From Stylophora pistillata (lineage: Eukaryota): a stretch of 64,000 nt of DNA. The notes below the pieces were generated by a model, which searched no databases, was not told the origin of the DNA, and saw only the letters and a list, made by a program, of their open reading frames with translations. How positions within the stretch are numbered: position 1 is the stretch's first letter; the number at the start of each line of letters is the position of its first letter. Below are positions 62,904 through 64,000 of the stretch, one piece after another. The position numbers and the translations under genes were made by a program. The DNA lies in assembly GCF_002571385.2 (NCBI RefSeq), contig NW_019217952.1, forward strand, positions 261,612 through 325,611, in the 5' to 3' direction.

Positions 62904-64000
62904 ATGGTATTGAGAGTGTCAGGTCGATCAGTAGAGACCACTCTTCAGTGCTTACAATGCAGCGTAGCTCTTTGTAAGACTTGCTTTCACGATTTCCATA
63001 GTTGAATAGTGCTTGAACCTTCCTTCATGTCCCAAGTCATTTTCCACCGGATTAATGCCCGACAAAAAGAGAAAACAAACAACCACGAGAGGATAAGTAT
63101 AATTAAGTACTTGGTTCTTGTTTTGGCCTTTTTTATCCTCGATTGGCCGTTTGATTGGTTCCGATTTTGCCTTGATCTTTTTATGGCTTTCATGTTTATT
63201 GTCAAGCGTACTTTAAATTTTCGCTAAATTTTCGCGTTGCTGCGAGTTTGGATTTTTTTTTTCTGTTTTGGCTATTCAATTGGTTTGGTCTCCATTGGCA
63301 GATGTTTTACAAAGTTTGGCTGTTGAATTTTAATTCAATAAATCTTGACTGGAAACCCAATCGCTGTTGCCTGATGTTTTGTTTTTCTTTTTCAGTAAGT
63401 GTTAGTGCGCCCCACTGGGTTTTCTTTGCCATTTACAATTTTGTATTTTGCACAGGTGTATTTTTCGCTTCTCCTGCCTTTAACAGCTTTCAGATGTTTT
63501 AACCTGAAGAAAACTGGAATGGTTATCAAAGAGTTATAATAAAAATGATTAAATCTGACCGAACTACACATTCTCGACCTCTTATCTTTTGACAACATCT
63601 TGCTTTTGCAATGAATTAAAAAATCTCATTTTCAAAAATTGTCGTGCGGCAAAGGGATAGTTTGAAAATTTATTTTCTCAGTGAAATTAAAGGGCACTTT
63701 AGTAGCTCTTTTCCTGAATATTTTGGTATATTCCTGACAATAAATTATTTCCCTTTTCGTTGGCCACAACTTCAAAATCTGATCTCCCATTGATCTCTTC
63801 TGCACACATGTTTAATTTAGAGCTCTTGTAACGCAATCACAAGTGGGGAAATCCCTAAGGATGATTAGCATTGTCACACCCGAGGTGTCAGGTGTCAATG
63901 GATTAAACAAGAAGTTTAGATTATCATTAACCATATTTAACCATTAACCATAACTGAAATACTGGCACCTTTTCTTGATACCATCTCTCAATTGATGTAC

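Larger units (their letters stand above)
60482..63902 (+). mobile_element. Decayed piggyBac transposon (PGBD4-like transposase pseudogene) in PDX1 intron
   Basis: TTAA at 60478-60481 and 63903-63906. 15-bp TIRs CCCATTGACACCTGA / TCAGGTGTCAATGGA. Frameshifted transposase with DRLFKVRP, SIDEGMIGFRG, KWHDKRD, YNKHM..VD, KWYRYL and a C-terminal Cys-rich domain. Confidence 0.93.

Noticed and set aside
63940-64000. Missing 5' exon of PDX1
   Set aside because: The minus-strand translation does not give the expected GGVIMDV/AEEAG motifs; the exon must lie beyond the window.

Overview
Eukaryotic, intron-rich, AT-rich animal genomic DNA. The gene set and repeat families point to a cnidarian, probably a stony coral (inference). 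Gene order: SEPT2-group septin (+, 11 coding exons); a candidate two-exon orphan gene (-); two tandem bacterial-type (AceA-like) isocitrate lyase genes (+, 3 exons each); a GAS2-like CH+GAR cytolinker (-, 7 exons) with tRNA-Arg(ACG) and tRNA-Asn(GTT) in one intron; two tandem caspases (+); and a PDX1/SNZ pyridoxal-5'-phosphate synthase gene (-) whose 5' end lies beyond the window. Introns and intergenic DNA hold a decayed piggyBac, ISL2EU/THAP-type elements, MITEs, tRNA-derived SINEs, LINE 3' ends and many Penelope-derived elements. Most notable: (1) the ICL pair has unrelated presequence-like N-termini and an exon identity gradient of about 78%, 93% and 99%, suggesting gene conversion; (2) fold-back Penelope-derived elements carry minimal hammerhead-ribozyme motifs and 12-14 bp target duplications; (3) both caspases share a 12-residue insertion in the substrate-binding loop; (4) an animal PDX1 with a short C-terminal tail. 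Exon models and difference counts were read by eye and are not confirmed by transcripts. Assembly gaps lie at 234-367 and 29608-29970.
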